A stretch of 64,000 nt of DNA from Deltaproteobacteria bacterium (lineage in GTDB: Bacteria > Myxococcota > Kuafuiibacteriia > Kuafuiibacteriales > Kuafuiibacteriaceae), in contig JADJPE010000005.1 of the NCBI GenBank assembly GCA_016713425.1, forward strand, positions 5,437,532 to 5,501,531, given 5' to 3'. This document shows positions 1 through 11,000 of this stretch, in pieces (the stretch's first letter is position 1; every line of letters begins with the position of its first letter). The notes below the pieces were generated by a model that was not told the origin of the DNA, did no database searches, and was given only the letters and a program-made list of their open reading frames with translations. Position numbers and translations under genes: made by a program.

Positions 1-280
1 CGCCCTCTGCATCCCAGGTGGTCGTTGAAGAGCCCAGCGCGACGACACCTTCGTACGTTTTCTCGGTCGCCTCAATGAACCGACTGATCCGGGTGGCTCG
101 TCCCAGCGTCAGCACGAGAAGCCCCGTAGCCATCGGGTCCAACGTCCCCGTGTGGCCCACCTCGCGCTGCCCAAAGATGCGCCGAACGCGGGCGACGACA
201 TCGTGGCTGGTCCAGCCGCGGGGTTTGTCGAGCTCCAAAACACCCGTTTGGGCGTCGGCCCGTGGCCGCCGGCCGCTCAC
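1..280 (-). CDS. truB: tRNA pseudouridine(55) synthase TruB, N-terminal part (gene runs off the window start)
   Basis: The reverse-strand translation reads '...[52 protein letters not shown]...', the TruB N-terminal signature (LDKP.G.TSHD, GTLDP.A.G). A GTG start at 280-278 overlaps the rbfA TGA stop (GTGA). Gene order rbfA-truB is standard. Confidence 0.75.
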   Translation of the reverse strand, partial: MSGRRPRADAQTGVLELDKPRGWTSHDVVARVRRIFGQREVGHTGTLDPMATGLLVLTLGRATRISRFIEATEKTYEGVVALGSSTTTWDAEG

Positions 281-753
281 GGATCAGAATCCTGGCCCGC
301 GGACTCTTCTTCCGGATTCGGATTCGGATTCAGATTCGGATCTTGTTGTGGGTGTTGGCCGCGGTCCTGCTCCACAACGTCCCGAAGAAGCGCCTCCATC
401 CGCGCGCCATTTGCGATGCTTCCATCGTAGTCGAAGCGAAGATGCGGTGTGAAACGAAGTCCTGTGCGTGCGGACAGCATTCGTTTCATCTCGTTGGAAG
501 CCGAACCGAGCCCGTCGAGGACATCCTCGATCGTAGCCTTGTCGTCCGGGAAGATGGACACAAAGCAACGAGCAAGCTTCAGATCGGGTGACATGTCGAC
601 GCCGGTGATCGTCACCAACGACGCTCGCTCGAGGCGAGGGTCTTTGATGTGACCCTCATGAAGAACCTCGGAAAGTGTCTGGCGAACCAACTCTCCGACC
701 TGGACGGGCCGACCGCCGGCGCCTCGCTGGGGCTTCTTCTTCGTGCGTGCCAT
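277..753 (-). CDS. rbfA: ribosome-binding factor A (RbfA), with a C-terminal NPNPNP low-complexity tail
   Basis: The 158-aa ORF has the RbfA core ([24 protein letters not shown]...[20 protein letters not shown]) and lies directly downstream of infB and DUF503. The tail is encoded by a (gattcg)n repeat at about 296-335. Confidence 0.9.
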   Translation of the reverse strand: MARTKKKPQRGAGGRPVQVGELVRQTLSEVLHEGHIKDPRLERASLVTITGVDMSPDLKLARCFVSIFPDDKATIEDVLDGLGSASNEMKRMLSARTGLRFTPHLRFDYDGSIANGARMEALLRDVVEQDRGQHPQQDPNLNPNPNPEEESAGQDSDP

Positions 754-776
754 CAGAAATATCAGGAATGGAAATA

Positions 777-1091
777 TCAGAAATGCAGCAGCTCGAGGCG
801 TTCATCCTGAAGATCCGCCTGGCCGAGGGTGTAGTCGGCCACCGCAGACCTCACTTTGTCCAGCACCGAGTTCACATACGCCTGGTCGTTGGCGACCATC
901 GCGATACCGAGGCAAGCGCGACGATGCTCGTCGTTGAAATCGACCTCGGCGATGGCGACGCCAAAGCGATGTCGAATCCGTTCCACCACGCTCTTGACGA
1001 CTCTCCGCTTCGCCTTCAGCGAATCGGCTTCGACGATCGAGAGCGTGAGCTCCAGGACACCAACCACCACGGCTCGATCCACTCTGCGCAC
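777..1091 (-). CDS. DUF503 family protein (YlxP-like), the conserved small ORF between infB and rbfA
   Basis: A 104-aa ORF in the canonical position between infB and rbfA. The sequence pattern (LELTLSIVEADSLKAKRRVVKSVVERIRHRF...VANDQAY) matches DUF503. Confidence 0.75.
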   Translation of the reverse strand: MRRVDRAVVVGVLELTLSIVEADSLKAKRRVVKSVVERIRHRFGVAIAEVDFNDEHRRACLGIAMVANDQAYVNSVLDKVRSAVADYTLGQADLQDERLELLHF

Positions 1092-1101
1092 CGAGGAGAG
1101 A

Positions 1102-4100
1102 TCACGCGGTCGGACGATCTTCCTTCACCGCGTCATCCAGCGTCGCCTGGACCTGGATCATCTCAAAGGACTCGATCACATCACCCACCTTGATGTCGTT
1201 GAAGCGGTCGATCCCCATACCGCACTCAAGGCCTTCCTTGACCTCTCGAACGTCGTCTTTGAAGCGCTTCAGGCTCGACAACTTGCCTTCATAGACCGGC
1301 TTGCTGTCGCGCAGGAGACGAATGCTCGCACGCCGCGCGACCACGCCGTCGACGATGATGCACCCGGCCACTGTACCAACCTTCGGAACGCTGAAGGTTT
1401 GGCGGACCTCCGCTCGGCCCAGGTATCGCTCCTTCGCCACCGGCGAAAGGAGACCTTCCATCGCCTTGCGAACCTCATCGACCGCCTCATAGATGATGTC
1501 GTACGTTCGAACGTCCACATCCATCGATCGCGCCGATTTCAAAGCCTTGGTATCCGGTCGGACACCAAACCCAAGCACAATCGCGTCGGAGGCCCGCGCG
1601 AATTCGACATCGGATTCCACGATCGCGCCGACGGCCGCCGTAATCACCAAGACCTTGACCTTCTCGGTCGAGAGTGCCGACAGCGCTGCCCGAACCGCCT
1701 CGGCAGAGCCTTGAGCATCCGCCTTGACAATGATCCGCAGCTCCTTCTGCTCACCCGCTTTGATCCGGTCGTAGAGATCCTGCAAGGAGGACGTCGATCG
1801 CTCCCCAAGCTCAACCGTACGGCGCCGCTCGCGTCGGTGCGCAGCCAAAAGCTTGGCGTCGGACAGGCTCTCCGCCACGCGAAGCTCCTCACCCGGATTC
1901 GGAACACCATCGAGCCCCAAGATCTCGACCGGTGTCGAAGGCAAAGCCTCCTTGGTTTGCCGCCCACCATCCACGAGCATGGCGCGAACCTTGCCAATAT
2001 TCTCGCCAACCACGACGATCTCGCCGGTTCTCAGAGTCCCCTCTTTGATGAGCACGGTGGCCACCGGTCCCCGTCCCTTATCGAGATGGGCTTCGACCAC
2101 CACGCCCACCGCCGGCGCGTCCTGGTTTGCCTTCAGCTCCATGATCTCGGACTGCAACGCAATCTGCTCAAGGAGTTCTTCAACGCCCTCGCCCGTCTTC
2201 GCCGAGACGCGCTTCCAGAGCACCTCGCCGCCCCAATCCTCGACGAGCAAGCCTTGATCCGCGAGTTGCTGCAGCACTCGGTCGGTATTCGCCTCAGGCT
2301 TATCGATCTTGTTCATCGCGATGATGATCGGCACTTCCGCGCTCTTGGCGTGTTCGATCGCCTCAAGCGTCTGCGGCATGACACCGTCATCCGCGGCAAC
2401 CACGAGCACCACAATATCGGTCACGTTGGCGCCACGCGCACGCATCTGACTGAACGCTGCATGGCCCGGTGTATCGAGGAAGGTCACTGGCCCCCGCGAA
2501 GTCGTCACCTGGTAGCCAGCGATTCGCTGCGTAATGCCACCGGCCTCCCCGCCCGCGACATTCGTATGCCGAATGTAGTCGAGCAGAGATGTCTTCCCGT
2601 GATCGACGTGCCCCATCACCGTCACGACCGGGGCGCGGGATGAGGAGTTGTCTTCATCGTGACCTGCGCGCGCGGCCTTGAGGCTCACGCCCGAGAGGTG
2701 TCGTTCTTCGTCGAACTGCAATGACTGAACCTCGTACCCGAACTCCTGACAGACGGTCGCCGCCGTGTCGTGATCCAAAGGCTGATTCATCGACGCCATG
2801 ACGCCATGTCGCACCAACCACGAAATGACTTGGCTCGCTTTCAAGCTCATCTGCTGAGAGAGCTGCGCGACGGTTATCGCATCACCAATCTCGATCGGCT
2901 TGCGGTTCGCCTCCGCGAGATCCGGACGCCGAACCACCTTCTTCGCACCTTTGACGCGCTTCCGATTCGGCGCCGGGTAGTAGACCTGGCCACGCCGAAC
3001 CTCCAGCAGATCCTTGGCTGAGAGCTCGTCGCGCCGCCGAGCGCTCCGGCCGCTCTTACCCTTCGCGGCCTCCTTGCGCACGTCGACCAACTCACGGTGC
3101 TTGCCCGATGCATCCTTGCGCACCTCGAGCTCCCGTTTGGGAGACGCCGCAACCTCTACCTCGGGCGTGGGGCGTCCCCAATCCTTCGGAGGCTCAGGTC
3201 GCTTGGATGCGCCCAACCGTGCTTTGAGAACGCTCGGATCAATCGTCCGTACGATCTTACCTTTGGCGAGTTCTTCCGTCTTCTTCACCGCGACCACCGT
3301 AGACGGCGGGGGAGGCGCGACACGAGCTTCCTTCTCTGGCCGTTTAATATTTATAAAATCAAACTCCGAGATTCCGAAATCTTCGACCTCGGGTTTTTCT
3401 TCTTCCTCATCGTAGGATTCGTCTCGTTTGCGATCCGGGCGAGCCACGCGCGCCTCGCGACGCTCACGCCGGGGCTCGTCGTCGTCGCTTCGAGCCGTCG
3501 TCGTCGCTTCGCCGAGGTCAGGCTCTGCCAAAGACGCCTCTTGCGCCCCCCGCGCGGGCAGCGCGGCGCTCGACGCGGCCTGGGGCTCGGCATCGGGCAC
3601 CGCGAGTGCGACCGAATCGGAGGCTTGCGCGCTCTCGGGCGCGACCTCGCGAGACGATTCACCGAGGACCGTCGTTTCCGCCAGCACCGGAGCAACCCCG
3701 GCGGCCGGCGCTTCGGCGGCTTCGAGCTCAGAGGTCTGAGTCGCCTCGAGCGCCTCATCATGGCTCTGTCCGTCCGCACCGACGAGCTCTTCGCCCACCG
3801 ACTCGGACGCGGCATCCTCAGCCCCGCCAACATCTTCTTCGTCGCGCGAAGCGGCGACGAGGACATCCGGCACGCCATCCTCAGCATCCGCAGAATATCC
3901 ATCCGCAGAATCGCTCAGATCAAAAGAAGTCGAGCCGTCACCCGCCAGCTCCGAGCCATCGAGGCCGCTCTCGTCCTCATCGGTGGACGACGCCTGCGCG
4001 TTCTCGCCGGCACCTGGTCGATCGTCCGCATCCTTCGGACGCCGCCGAATCACGCCGCGGCTGATGCGCCGCTCGTCCGTCTTCGCTCGACGTTCTGCCT

Positions 4101-4251
4101 CGGCCTTGTCGAGCAAGCGCTTCACCTCGTCGGCATCAACGCTCGACGAGTGCGACTTGACGTCGAAGCCCAGCTTCTGAAGCTTGTCGATCAGATCTCG
4201 GTTCGTGTAGCCGAGCTCTCGGGCGACTTCGAATATCCGCTTCTTGCCCAT
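1102..4251 (-). CDS. infB: translation initiation factor IF-2
   Basis: A 1049-aa ORF with an IF2 N-terminal domain ([29 protein letters not shown]) and a GTPase domain ([26 protein letters not shown]). It has the long acidic low-complexity linker typical of high-GC IF2 proteins. It sits in the nusA-infB operon. Confidence 0.95.
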   Translation of the reverse strand: MGKKRIFEVARELGYTNRDLIDKLQKLGFDVKSHSSSVDADEVKRLLDKAEAERRAKTDERRISRGVIRRRPKDADDRPGAGENAQASSTDEDESGLDGSELAGDGSTSFDLSDSADGYSADAEDGVPDVLVAASRDEEDVGGAEDAASESVGEELVGADGQSHDEALEATQTSELEAAEAPAAGVAPVLAETTVLGESSREVAPESAQASDSVALAVPDAEPQAASSAALPARGAQEASLAEPDLGEATTTARSDDDEPRRERREARVARPDRKRDESYDEEEEKPEVEDFGISEFDFINIKRPEKEARVAPPPPSTVVAVKKTEELAKGKIVRTIDPSVLKARLGASKRPEPPKDWGRPTPEVEVAASPKRELEVRKDASGKHRELVDVRKEAAKGKSGRSARRRDELSAKDLLEVRRGQVYYPAPNRKRVKGAKKVVRRPDLAEANRKPIEIGDAITVAQLSQQMSLKASQVISWLVRHGVMASMNQPLDHDTAATVCQEFGYEVQSLQFDEERHLSGVSLKAARAGHDEDNSSSRAPVVTVMGHVDHGKTSLLDYIRHTNVAGGEAGGITQRIAGYQVTTSRGPVTFLDTPGHAAFSQMRARGANVTDIVVLVVAADDGVMPQTLEAIEHAKSAEVPIIIAMNKIDKPEANTDRVLQQLADQGLLVEDWGGEVLWKRVSAKTGEGVEELLEQIALQSEIMELKANQDAPAVGVVVEAHLDKGRGPVATVLIKEGTLRTGEIVVVGENIGKVRAMLVDGGRQTKEALPSTPVEILGLDGVPNPGEELRVAESLSDAKLLAAHRRERRRTVELGERSTSSLQDLYDRIKAGEQKELRIIVKADAQGSAEAVRAALSALSTEKVKVLVITAAVGAIVESDVEFARASDAIVLGFGVRPDTKALKSARSMDVDVRTYDIIYEAVDEVRKAMEGLLSPVAKERYLGRAEVRQTFSVPKVGTVAGCIIVDGVVARRASIRLLRDSKPVYEGKLSSLKRFKDDVREVKEGLECGMGIDRFNDIKVGDVIESFEMIQVQATLDDAVKEDRPTA

Positions 4252-4898
4252 TAATCACTTTCCCTCAAACAAAGCCCGCTCAGCCGGTCAGACGCCTCGC
4301 GCATGCGCTGCGCGAAGGTCCCGGGACGAATCCCAACCGCACCGACATCTTGGCGCCCCAATGCATGACCGATCGACGCCTTGGTGGCGAATCGCATCAA
4401 GGGCACCGGTTCGTCCAGCCGCGAAATCACGTCCGCGATCTCTTGCGCGGCGCGCGGGCTGACGTCTTCTGCGACAAACACCAGGGCAACCTCGCCGTGC
4501 ACCAGCCCCTCAGCGACGTAGTCCACCCCAAAAATCACCTGGTTGGCGCGCCATCCAAATGCAATAAGCTCTAAAATCCGGTCATTTAGGCGAGTCGTCG
4601 TCGCGATGAGTATCTGCGTCTGCGCCTCCGGGTCCAGAATCCGCGCCTGGCCCCGAAACAGACGTCCAAGCCCCTTTGGCGTCAAAGCCTCCGCGAGCGC
4701 GGCTCGCTTGGCCTCCACATAGACGCCGCGACCTGGCATTCGCCCCAGCACATCCACGAAGGGCGTGCCGTCCTCGGCTAAGCACAGCCGCAGGAGCCCC
4801 GCCTTGGGCCTCGAAGCCCGCGACACGGCACACCTTCTCTTTGGGCCGCCGCTGATGTTCATCTGGGTATCCAAGATCGTCAAACCGTCGTTGCCCAT
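4251..4898 (-). CDS. YlxR-like (DUF448) protein fused to, or adjacent to, an L7Ae-like ribosomal-protein domain; start uncertain (possibly the internal Met MNISGG)
   Basis: The Cys/Arg motif (RRCAVSR...GRGVYV) is characteristic of DUF448/YlxR. It is followed by an L7Ae-like fold segment (ILIATTTR...VIFGVDY). The position between nusA and infB matches Bacillus nusA-ylxR-ylxQ-infB. Confidence 0.65.
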   Translation of the reverse strand: MGNDGLTILDTQMNISGGPKRRCAVSRASRPKAGLLRLCLAEDGTPFVDVLGRMPGRGVYVEAKRAALAEALTPKGLGRLFRGQARILDPEAQTQILIATTTRLNDRILELIAFGWRANQVIFGVDYVAEGLVHGEVALVFVAEDVSPRAAQEIADVISRLDEPVPLMRFATKASIGHALGRQDVGAVGIRPGTFAQRMREASDRLSGLCLRESD

Positions 4899-4909
4899 CC
4901 GTCGACCCT

Positions 4910-6562
4910 TTAGGCCGAGAGCGACGTGTCCCCCGCACTCAACGTCTCCGCAAGGTACTCTGACGGCTGGTAGTCTTCCTCAGGTCCGGCGTTCTCGTCC
5001 GATATCTCCTGAGCCTCGCCCGCCGCCTCTCGATCCAAGAATCGCAGAGCCGCATGCCGCAATGCGTCCAGCTTCTCCGCCGACAGCCCCGAACGCTCCG
5101 CTGCACCGCGCAGATCCGTCAGCTCCGCCAGATCTTCCACGAAGAAGATTCCAGCCGCTTCAAGCTTCGGTACCAGCGACGAAGCCATGCCCCGGACACG
5201 GACGATCCGTTCGGCCTCCGGCATGCGCGTCTTTCGGCGATCGGCGTCGCCAAACATCTCCTTCGCTTGGATCCGCGCCTGCTTCTCTTCCTCGAGCTTC
5301 ATGTCTTTGCGTTCCGAGTCTTCCTCGGCCACGACACGCTTGGAGTCTTCTTTGAGGCGAGCGGCCATCTCCTCGCCGATCCCAGGAATCGAAGCGAGGA
5401 AGCTCACATCCGTCTGCAAGATGTCTTGCGCACACCGAATACCGTAGTTGTACAATGTCTGCATGTGAATATCGTTCACCGACGCCAAGCGGCCAAGCGA
5501 TTTGAACGCTCGGTCCTTGATCTCTTTGACCTTGGCCTCAGACACGATGTCGAGCTTCCATCCGGCGAGCTGCGACGCGAGACGCACATTCTGCCCGCGG
5601 CGCCCGATCGCAAGCGAAAGCTGATCATCCGGAACAATAATTTCCATCGCGTGATTGGACTCGTCGACCAACACGCGGCTCACCTCGGCCGGCGCCAAAG
5701 CGTTGCAGACGAATCGCGCGGGGTCCTCGCTGTATGGAACGATGTCGACCTTCTCACCCCGGAGCTCCTGCACGACCGCTTGAACGCGGGAGCCCTTCAT
5801 GCCGACGCAAGCACCCACCGGATCAACGTCGCGATCGGAGGAAGAGACCGCGATCTTCGATCGAGCCCCCGGCTCCCGAGCCGCCGCCTCGATCTTGACG
5901 ATGCCCTCGTAGATCTCCGGCACCTCTTTCTCGAAGAGCTTGACCAAGAGCCCCGGTGACGTACGCGACAACACGATCTGCGAACCGCGCGCCTGTTTGT
6001 TCACATCGACGACATAAGCCTGGATCCGATCGTTCAACCGGTATGACTCGCGCGGACACTGCTCTCGCATCGGCAGCACCGCCTCCGCGCGACCGAGGTC
6101 TACAATCAAGTTGCCGCGCTCGAAGCGCGTCACGACGCCCGTGACGAGCTCTTCTTTGCGATCCGCGTACTCATTGAAGATCTTCTCCCGCTCCGCCTCA
6201 CGAACGCGCTGAATGATGACCTGCTTGGCCGTCTGCGCCGCGATGCGGCCGAGATCCGCCTTCTCGATTCGGATGCCGAGCGAGTCACCCATCTGGCAGT
6301 CGGGGTCCAGCTCGAGAGCGTCGTCCATGAGGACCTCGGTGTTTGGATCGCTCACGGTTTCGACGACGGTGCGAAACTCGAAGATCTCGACGTCGCCGCT
6401 GTCCTCATTGAAGTGGGCTTCGATGTCGCGCTGGATGCCATAGACCTTGCGCGCGGCCGTCAACATCGCGGCCTCGAGCGCCTCCACGAGGATGTCCTTC
6501 GCCAACCGCTTGTCCTTGGCGACCTGGTCAATGATTTCCGAGAGATTAACGAGTTCCATCAA
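4910..6562 (-). CDS. nusA: transcription termination/antitermination factor NusA
   Basis: A 550-aa ORF with the NusA N-terminal domain (MMELVNLSEIIDQVAKDKRL...), S1 and KH domains (GSRVQAVVQELRGEKVDIV) and a C-terminal acidic repeat region. It lies between rimP and infB. Confidence 0.95.
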   Translation of the reverse strand: MMELVNLSEIIDQVAKDKRLAKDILVEALEAAMLTAARKVYGIQRDIEAHFNEDSGDVEIFEFRTVVETVSDPNTEVLMDDALELDPDCQMGDSLGIRIEKADLGRIAAQTAKQVIIQRVREAEREKIFNEYADRKEELVTGVVTRFERGNLIVDLGRAEAVLPMREQCPRESYRLNDRIQAYVVDVNKQARGSQIVLSRTSPGLLVKLFEKEVPEIYEGIVKIEAAAREPGARSKIAVSSSDRDVDPVGACVGMKGSRVQAVVQELRGEKVDIVPYSEDPARFVCNALAPAEVSRVLVDESNHAMEIIVPDDQLSLAIGRRGQNVRLASQLAGWKLDIVSEAKVKEIKDRAFKSLGRLASVNDIHMQTLYNYGIRCAQDILQTDVSFLASIPGIGEEMAARLKEDSKRVVAEEDSERKDMKLEEEKQARIQAKEMFGDADRRKTRMPEAERIVRVRGMASSLVPKLEAAGIFFVEDLAELTDLRGAAERSGLSAEKLDALRHAALRFLDREAAGEAQEISDENAGPEEDYQPSEYLAETLSAGDTSLSA

Positions 6563-6596
6563 ACGTCCTCTGGTCCTTGCGCCGGCTCCGTCGGCT

Positions 6597-7109
6597 TCAA
6601 ACCGGCCCGCCGCGCGAGAGATCTGGCTCTAGGTTCGCCTTTGCTACCTGCCTCAGCTCAAGCTGCCGCTCAGCGCCATCCACGTGGATGCTCAGCAGGC
6701 CGCCCTCGTGCTTCGTGAGGATTCCCGTGAACACCTTTCGGTCCCCTATTCGCTCGAACGTCTTGATCTTCACTCTGGCCCCGACCGAGCGATCGAAGTG
6801 TTCCGGCTTCGTGAGCGGACGATAGATACCGGGCGAAGACACCTCGAGGTGGTACTGCCCCGGCACAACATCCTCCACATCGAGCAGGTCGGACACGACC
6901 CGAGAGACGTTGGAGCAATCCTCAACACCGATCGCACGCTCAGCCGTCCCCGGCGGAATCGTGTCGATGTAAATCCGCAGAATCTGCCGGCCGCGGTCGG
7001 AGACGTACTCGACGTCTACCAACTCGTATCCCTCACGACCAAGCACGGGGTCGATGAGCGCCTTTACCTGCTCCACCAATTCGGTGCTCTTCGTCACCAG
7101 CGACTCCAT
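6597..7109 (-). CDS. rimP: ribosome maturation factor RimP (ORF extends to 7214; the internal Met at 7109 is the likely start)
   Basis: The RimP signature (LVEQVKALIDPVLGREGYELVDVEYVSDRGRQILRIYID) is present. This is the first gene of the rimP-nusA-infB operon. Confidence 0.85.
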   Translation of the reverse strand: MESLVTKSTELVEQVKALIDPVLGREGYELVDVEYVSDRGRQILRIYIDTIPPGTAERAIGVEDCSNVSRVVSDLLDVEDVVPGQYHLEVSSPGIYRPLTKPEHFDRSVGARVKIKTFERIGDRKVFTGILTKHEGGLLSIHVDGAERQLELRQVAKANLEPDLSRGGPV

Positions 7110-7273
7110 TCGGTCCCAGGCATAAAAAAAGGTGGGCGGCCCGAAGGCTCCCACCTTTCTTTCGGCCGCCGCCGAGAGAAGGGTTTCTTCCGACACCGTT
7201 ACTCGCTCAAGCACCTCGGGTTGGCAAGAAAAAAGAGCGTCGAGGCGCGTAGATCGTCCCCTATGCTGCGGCC

Positions 7274-7858
7274 ATGAACATCATGGACGTGATTCGTCTG
7301 CGTCGCTCCATCAAACCCGAATCGATGAAAGCGGATCCTGTTGCCCGGGATCTGCTCGACCAACTCTTCGAGGCCGCGAACTGGGCGCCGAGCCACGGTC
7401 GAACCGAGCCTTGGCGATTCGTTGTCTTCACGGACGATGCGCGCCTCGATCTCGCCCGCGTCCTCGCGAGCGCGGAGGTCGGATCGTCCCCCGTCTCCGA
7501 GACCGATCCGACGTACCTCAAGCTGCGACAAAAGATGACGAACGCCCCCGTCGTCATCGCGATCATCTGCGCCCCTTCCCCGAACCCAAAGATCGAGCCG
7601 CACGAGGAGCTCGCTTCGGTGGCGATGGCCGTTCAAAACATGCATTTGTGTGCGCGCGCGCTTGGCCTCGGTGGCTTCTGGTCATCGGGGAAAAAGGCCT
7701 TTCACCCGGCCGTCGCATCGTTTCTCGAGGTCGCGCCTCCCGCACACTGCCTCGGCTTCTTCTATGTTGGATGGCCTGCGATCCCCTGGCCAAAAGGAGA
7801 GCGTGGTTCAGTGACCCACAAGGTCACCTGGCGCAACCGCACCGAACTTTCAATTTGA
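7274..7858 (+). CDS. nitroreductase family protein
   Basis: A 194-aa ORF with the nitroreductase N-terminal pattern (RRSIK...APSHGRTEPWRFVV) and a C-terminal conserved Gly-rich segment. Confidence 0.75.
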   Translation: MNIMDVIRLRRSIKPESMKADPVARDLLDQLFEAANWAPSHGRTEPWRFVVFTDDARLDLARVLASAEVGSSPVSETDPTYLKLRQKMTNAPVVIAIICAPSPNPKIEPHEELASVAMAVQNMHLCARALGLGGFWSSGKKAFHPAVASFLEVAPPAHCLGFFYVGWPAIPWPKGERGSVTHKVTWRNRTELSI

Positions 7859-7919
7859 TCCGAGATCGATGTACACTCGGCTCACCCAGTTCTTCGGGTG
7901 GCTCGTCAGAAGATTTGCG

Positions 7920-7948
7920 CCCCACTCGGCGAACCTCGCCGAGTGGGG
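7920..7948. terminator. GC-rich perfect hairpin (13-bp stem, 3-nt loop) in the convergent gap between the nitroreductase gene and ileS; candidate bidirectional terminator
   Basis: The sequence is CCCCACTCGGCGA-ACC-TCGCCGAGTGGGG. It lies between two convergent stop codons (7858 and 8001). It has no clean U-tract. Confidence 0.4.
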
Positions 7949-8000
7949 ATGAGCAATCAGTCCGGATCACGATCCACCATCGGCCCGCCGAAAAACAAAG

Positions 8001-11000
8001 CTACGAACGGCTCGTTCCTGCCGCATCGAAACGATCGCTCTTCTTCCCGGGGGTGCCGAGATCGACGATGCCGATCCCGATCCTCTCATCGCCAACCGTC
8101 GCCTCGAAGACGTCGCTCGGGGCGACTTCGGAGACCAACCGGACGTCCGAAGCCAGCGTCTCCCGGCCGAGCTCCTCGCGGCGCTTCTCCAACGTTGCCG
8201 CCAAACGCTCGCTCAAGCCCCAAAGCGACAAAGAGATCCGCGCCGCAAAGTCGAGCTTAAGGTCCTTGCGTCGTCCCTGGACCTTGGAGAGGACCTCACG
8301 GAACAGGCCCTCCTCGATAAGCGCATCCGACAAGGTCGTGTTCAGCACCACGACACCCACCGGTCCTCCGGCCGCCGCGAACCCTTCCTTCGCTTCGACG
8401 GTCACGACGAGGTCTTCCTTCGTGAGCTCGACGGTGCCCGCATCGACGTCGAGCGTCACACGCCCGTTCTTGTCCAAGGCTCGCTGAAGCTCACCCGGAT
8501 CTTTCGCCGCGATCGCCGCCTGCGTGGCCTTCATCTTCGGTCCGAGCCGCTTTCCAAGCGCTTGGAAGTTAGGCTTCACCCGGTAGCTCACATACTCCTC
8601 GGCGGCCCGAACGAATCGAATGGTCCGCACGTTGAGCTCGTCCTGCATGATGCCCACGTACTGGCTCAGCGCAGCCTCGCGCTCCGGTGCCGACAGCACG
8701 ATCTCGGCTTCCTCCAGTGGTTGCCGCACCTTGATCTTCGTCTTCGCACGCACCTGAAGTCCGAGTGAAACAAGCGCCCGAACCTCCGCCATATCCTGGG
8801 AGAGCACCTCATCCACGCGCGACGCATCACCGGTCGGGAAGAGCCGCAGGTGCACGCTGTCGGGATGTCCCTCGCCGTACTGACGCACGACGAGGTTCTG
8901 ATACATATCTTCGGCCGCGAACGGGAGAAACGGCGCGATCATGAGTGCCAGATCGCGGAGGCATTGATAGAGCGTCCAATACGCGTCGAGCTTTTCTGGC
9001 CCCTTGCCTTCGGCCCAGAAGCTGTCGCGCGATCGGCGGACATACCAATTCGACAGGCCCTCTACGAACTCGTTGAGCGCCTGCGTCGCCTCATAGGAGC
9101 GAAACGCATCCATGTGAAGAACGACGCTCATCTTCGTCTTCTCGAGCTCCGAGATGACCCATCGCTCGAGCAACGCCCGCTCTTTGACCGGACGTTTCGC
9201 CTTCTCGTGCTCGACGGGCGAGAAGCCGTCGATATTGGCGTAGGTGACGAAGAATGAGTAAACGTTGCGAAGCTTGATCGGCAGCTCCTTTTGGAGCGCT
9301 CGCACGTTGCTCAGCGAATGACGGGTGCTGTTCCAAGGTGGATTCGACGCCAAGAAGAACCAGCGAAAGGCGTCCGCGCCCGGTGCCGGCACGCTCTGAT
9401 CCTCGACCATCACGCGCTGGCGCATCGGCAGACGCGGAACCTCGGCCGGTCTGACGTCCGCGGGCGCCGGTTCGAGCGCGAGGGCCTTCATGTCCTCTTC
9501 GGAGAGGATCACGACGCGTCGAGGGAGTCCCGTCTTCGTCGTTTGCGTACGCTTGCCCGCGACCCGGAGCTTCACCCGGCGTCGAATGCGATCGTCCGCA
9601 ACGTCGCCCGTCTTCTCTGCATTCTCCGCCTTCTCCGTCTTCTCCGCCCTCTCTGTGGCTTCCGCCGGGACACGCGAGACGGAGGTGGAGATCGACGGCG
9701 ACGTGAGCACGACCTCGCTTCCATCCTTCAGGTCGAGGCCGTCGAGGTCCTCCGGTCCGATCAGCGCTTCGCCTGGGCGCGGAGGCTTGAAGTCCTTGGC
9801 GTACGGGGCATCCATCGTGACGACCGCGAGCTCCATTCGAACGGCGTCCAAGATAATCTCGGGAGGCGTATAATTCCCGGAAGACTTCGATTCCTTCTTC
9901 CCGAACTGATCGAGCACGTGGCCGAGGACGATGCATCGCTTGTAAGGATGCGCCTCTCTCTTCTCTTCGAAGAGCAGGTTGGAGATCATCATCAAGGAGT
10001 AGAACCACCCGCGCGTCTGATCGATCGCTTCCGAGATGAAGTCAGCGGGAAACGCTCGTCTGAAGCGCTCTTCGCTGCCCTCCGCGTGCGGGTAGCCAAA
10101 CTGCGCGAACGGCATGCACCCGGAGTCGAACCAACAATCGATCACCTCAGGGACACGCTTCATCGTGCCACCGCATTCAGGCTTCACGCACGGCATCGTC
10201 ACGGCGTCGATCCATGGCTTGTGCACCATCAGATCGAGTGACAGATCTTCGTTCTTATCGCGTGCCGCCGCGCGATCGGCGTGAAACCGCGAGAAGGCCT
10301 CTGGGTTTCGCTTCTCGATCGCCGCGCAAGAAGCCGGAGCCTCCATCGTCCCGCAGGTCTCGCATACCCAAATATTGAGCGGCGTGCCCCAAAATCGCTC
10401 GCGAGAAAGCGCCCAGTCGACGTTCCCCTCGAGAAAATCGCCGAAGCGGCCTTCCTTGATGTGCTCCGGAGCCCAAACCACCCGGCCGTTGTTTTCGATC
10501 ACCCGATCGATCTTCTCGGTCGTACGGATGAACCACGCGTCGCGCGCGAACTGAATGAGCGGATCGCTGTCGGACCGCCAGCAGAATGGGTACTCGTGCG
10601 TGTAGGTCTCGTGATGAACGAGAATCCCGCGCGCCTTGAGGTCTTGGATGAGCGGGCGATCGGCATCCTTCACCCACGTGCCCTCGAGACCGAGTGATGC
10701 CAAACGTTCATCCATCTTTCCGTCCGGGCGGACCGTGCAGAGCAACTTGAGATCGCGCTTCGTCGTCTCGAGTTCCCGTCGCTCTTCCTTTCTCCAGACT
10801 TTCCAGTCGTCTTCACCAAAGGCCGGCGCCAGGTGGACGATGCCGGTCCCCACGTCGAGGGTCACAAACCAATCGGGTGCGGTCGTATGCGAACGGTCGC
10901 CTCCGACGACCCGCCAGTAGCGGTCGTCCCCGTCCGTCGCGCCATGCGTGTCTTTCGTGAAGACATCGAACGGCGGCGTATAGCGTCGCCCGATGAGATC

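Noticed and set aside
18-452. 144-aa plus-strand ORF at the window start
   Set aside because: It is antisense to the truB N-terminus and the rbfA 3' end. It has a low-complexity Ser/Asp repeat from the (gattcg)n tract and no homology features.
856-2643. 595-aa plus-strand ORF
   Set aside because: It is entirely antisense to infB. It is the kind of long open frame expected on the opposite strand of a high-GC gene, with Arg/Leu-rich junk composition.
3097-4254. 385-aa plus-strand ORF
   Set aside because: It is antisense to the infB 5' half and Arg-rich, with no domain signal.
7132-8487. 451-aa plus-strand ORF spanning the nitroreductase gene and the ileS 3' end
   Set aside because: It is out of frame relative to the nitroreductase gene and antisense to ileS, with Ser/Arg/Pro-rich composition.
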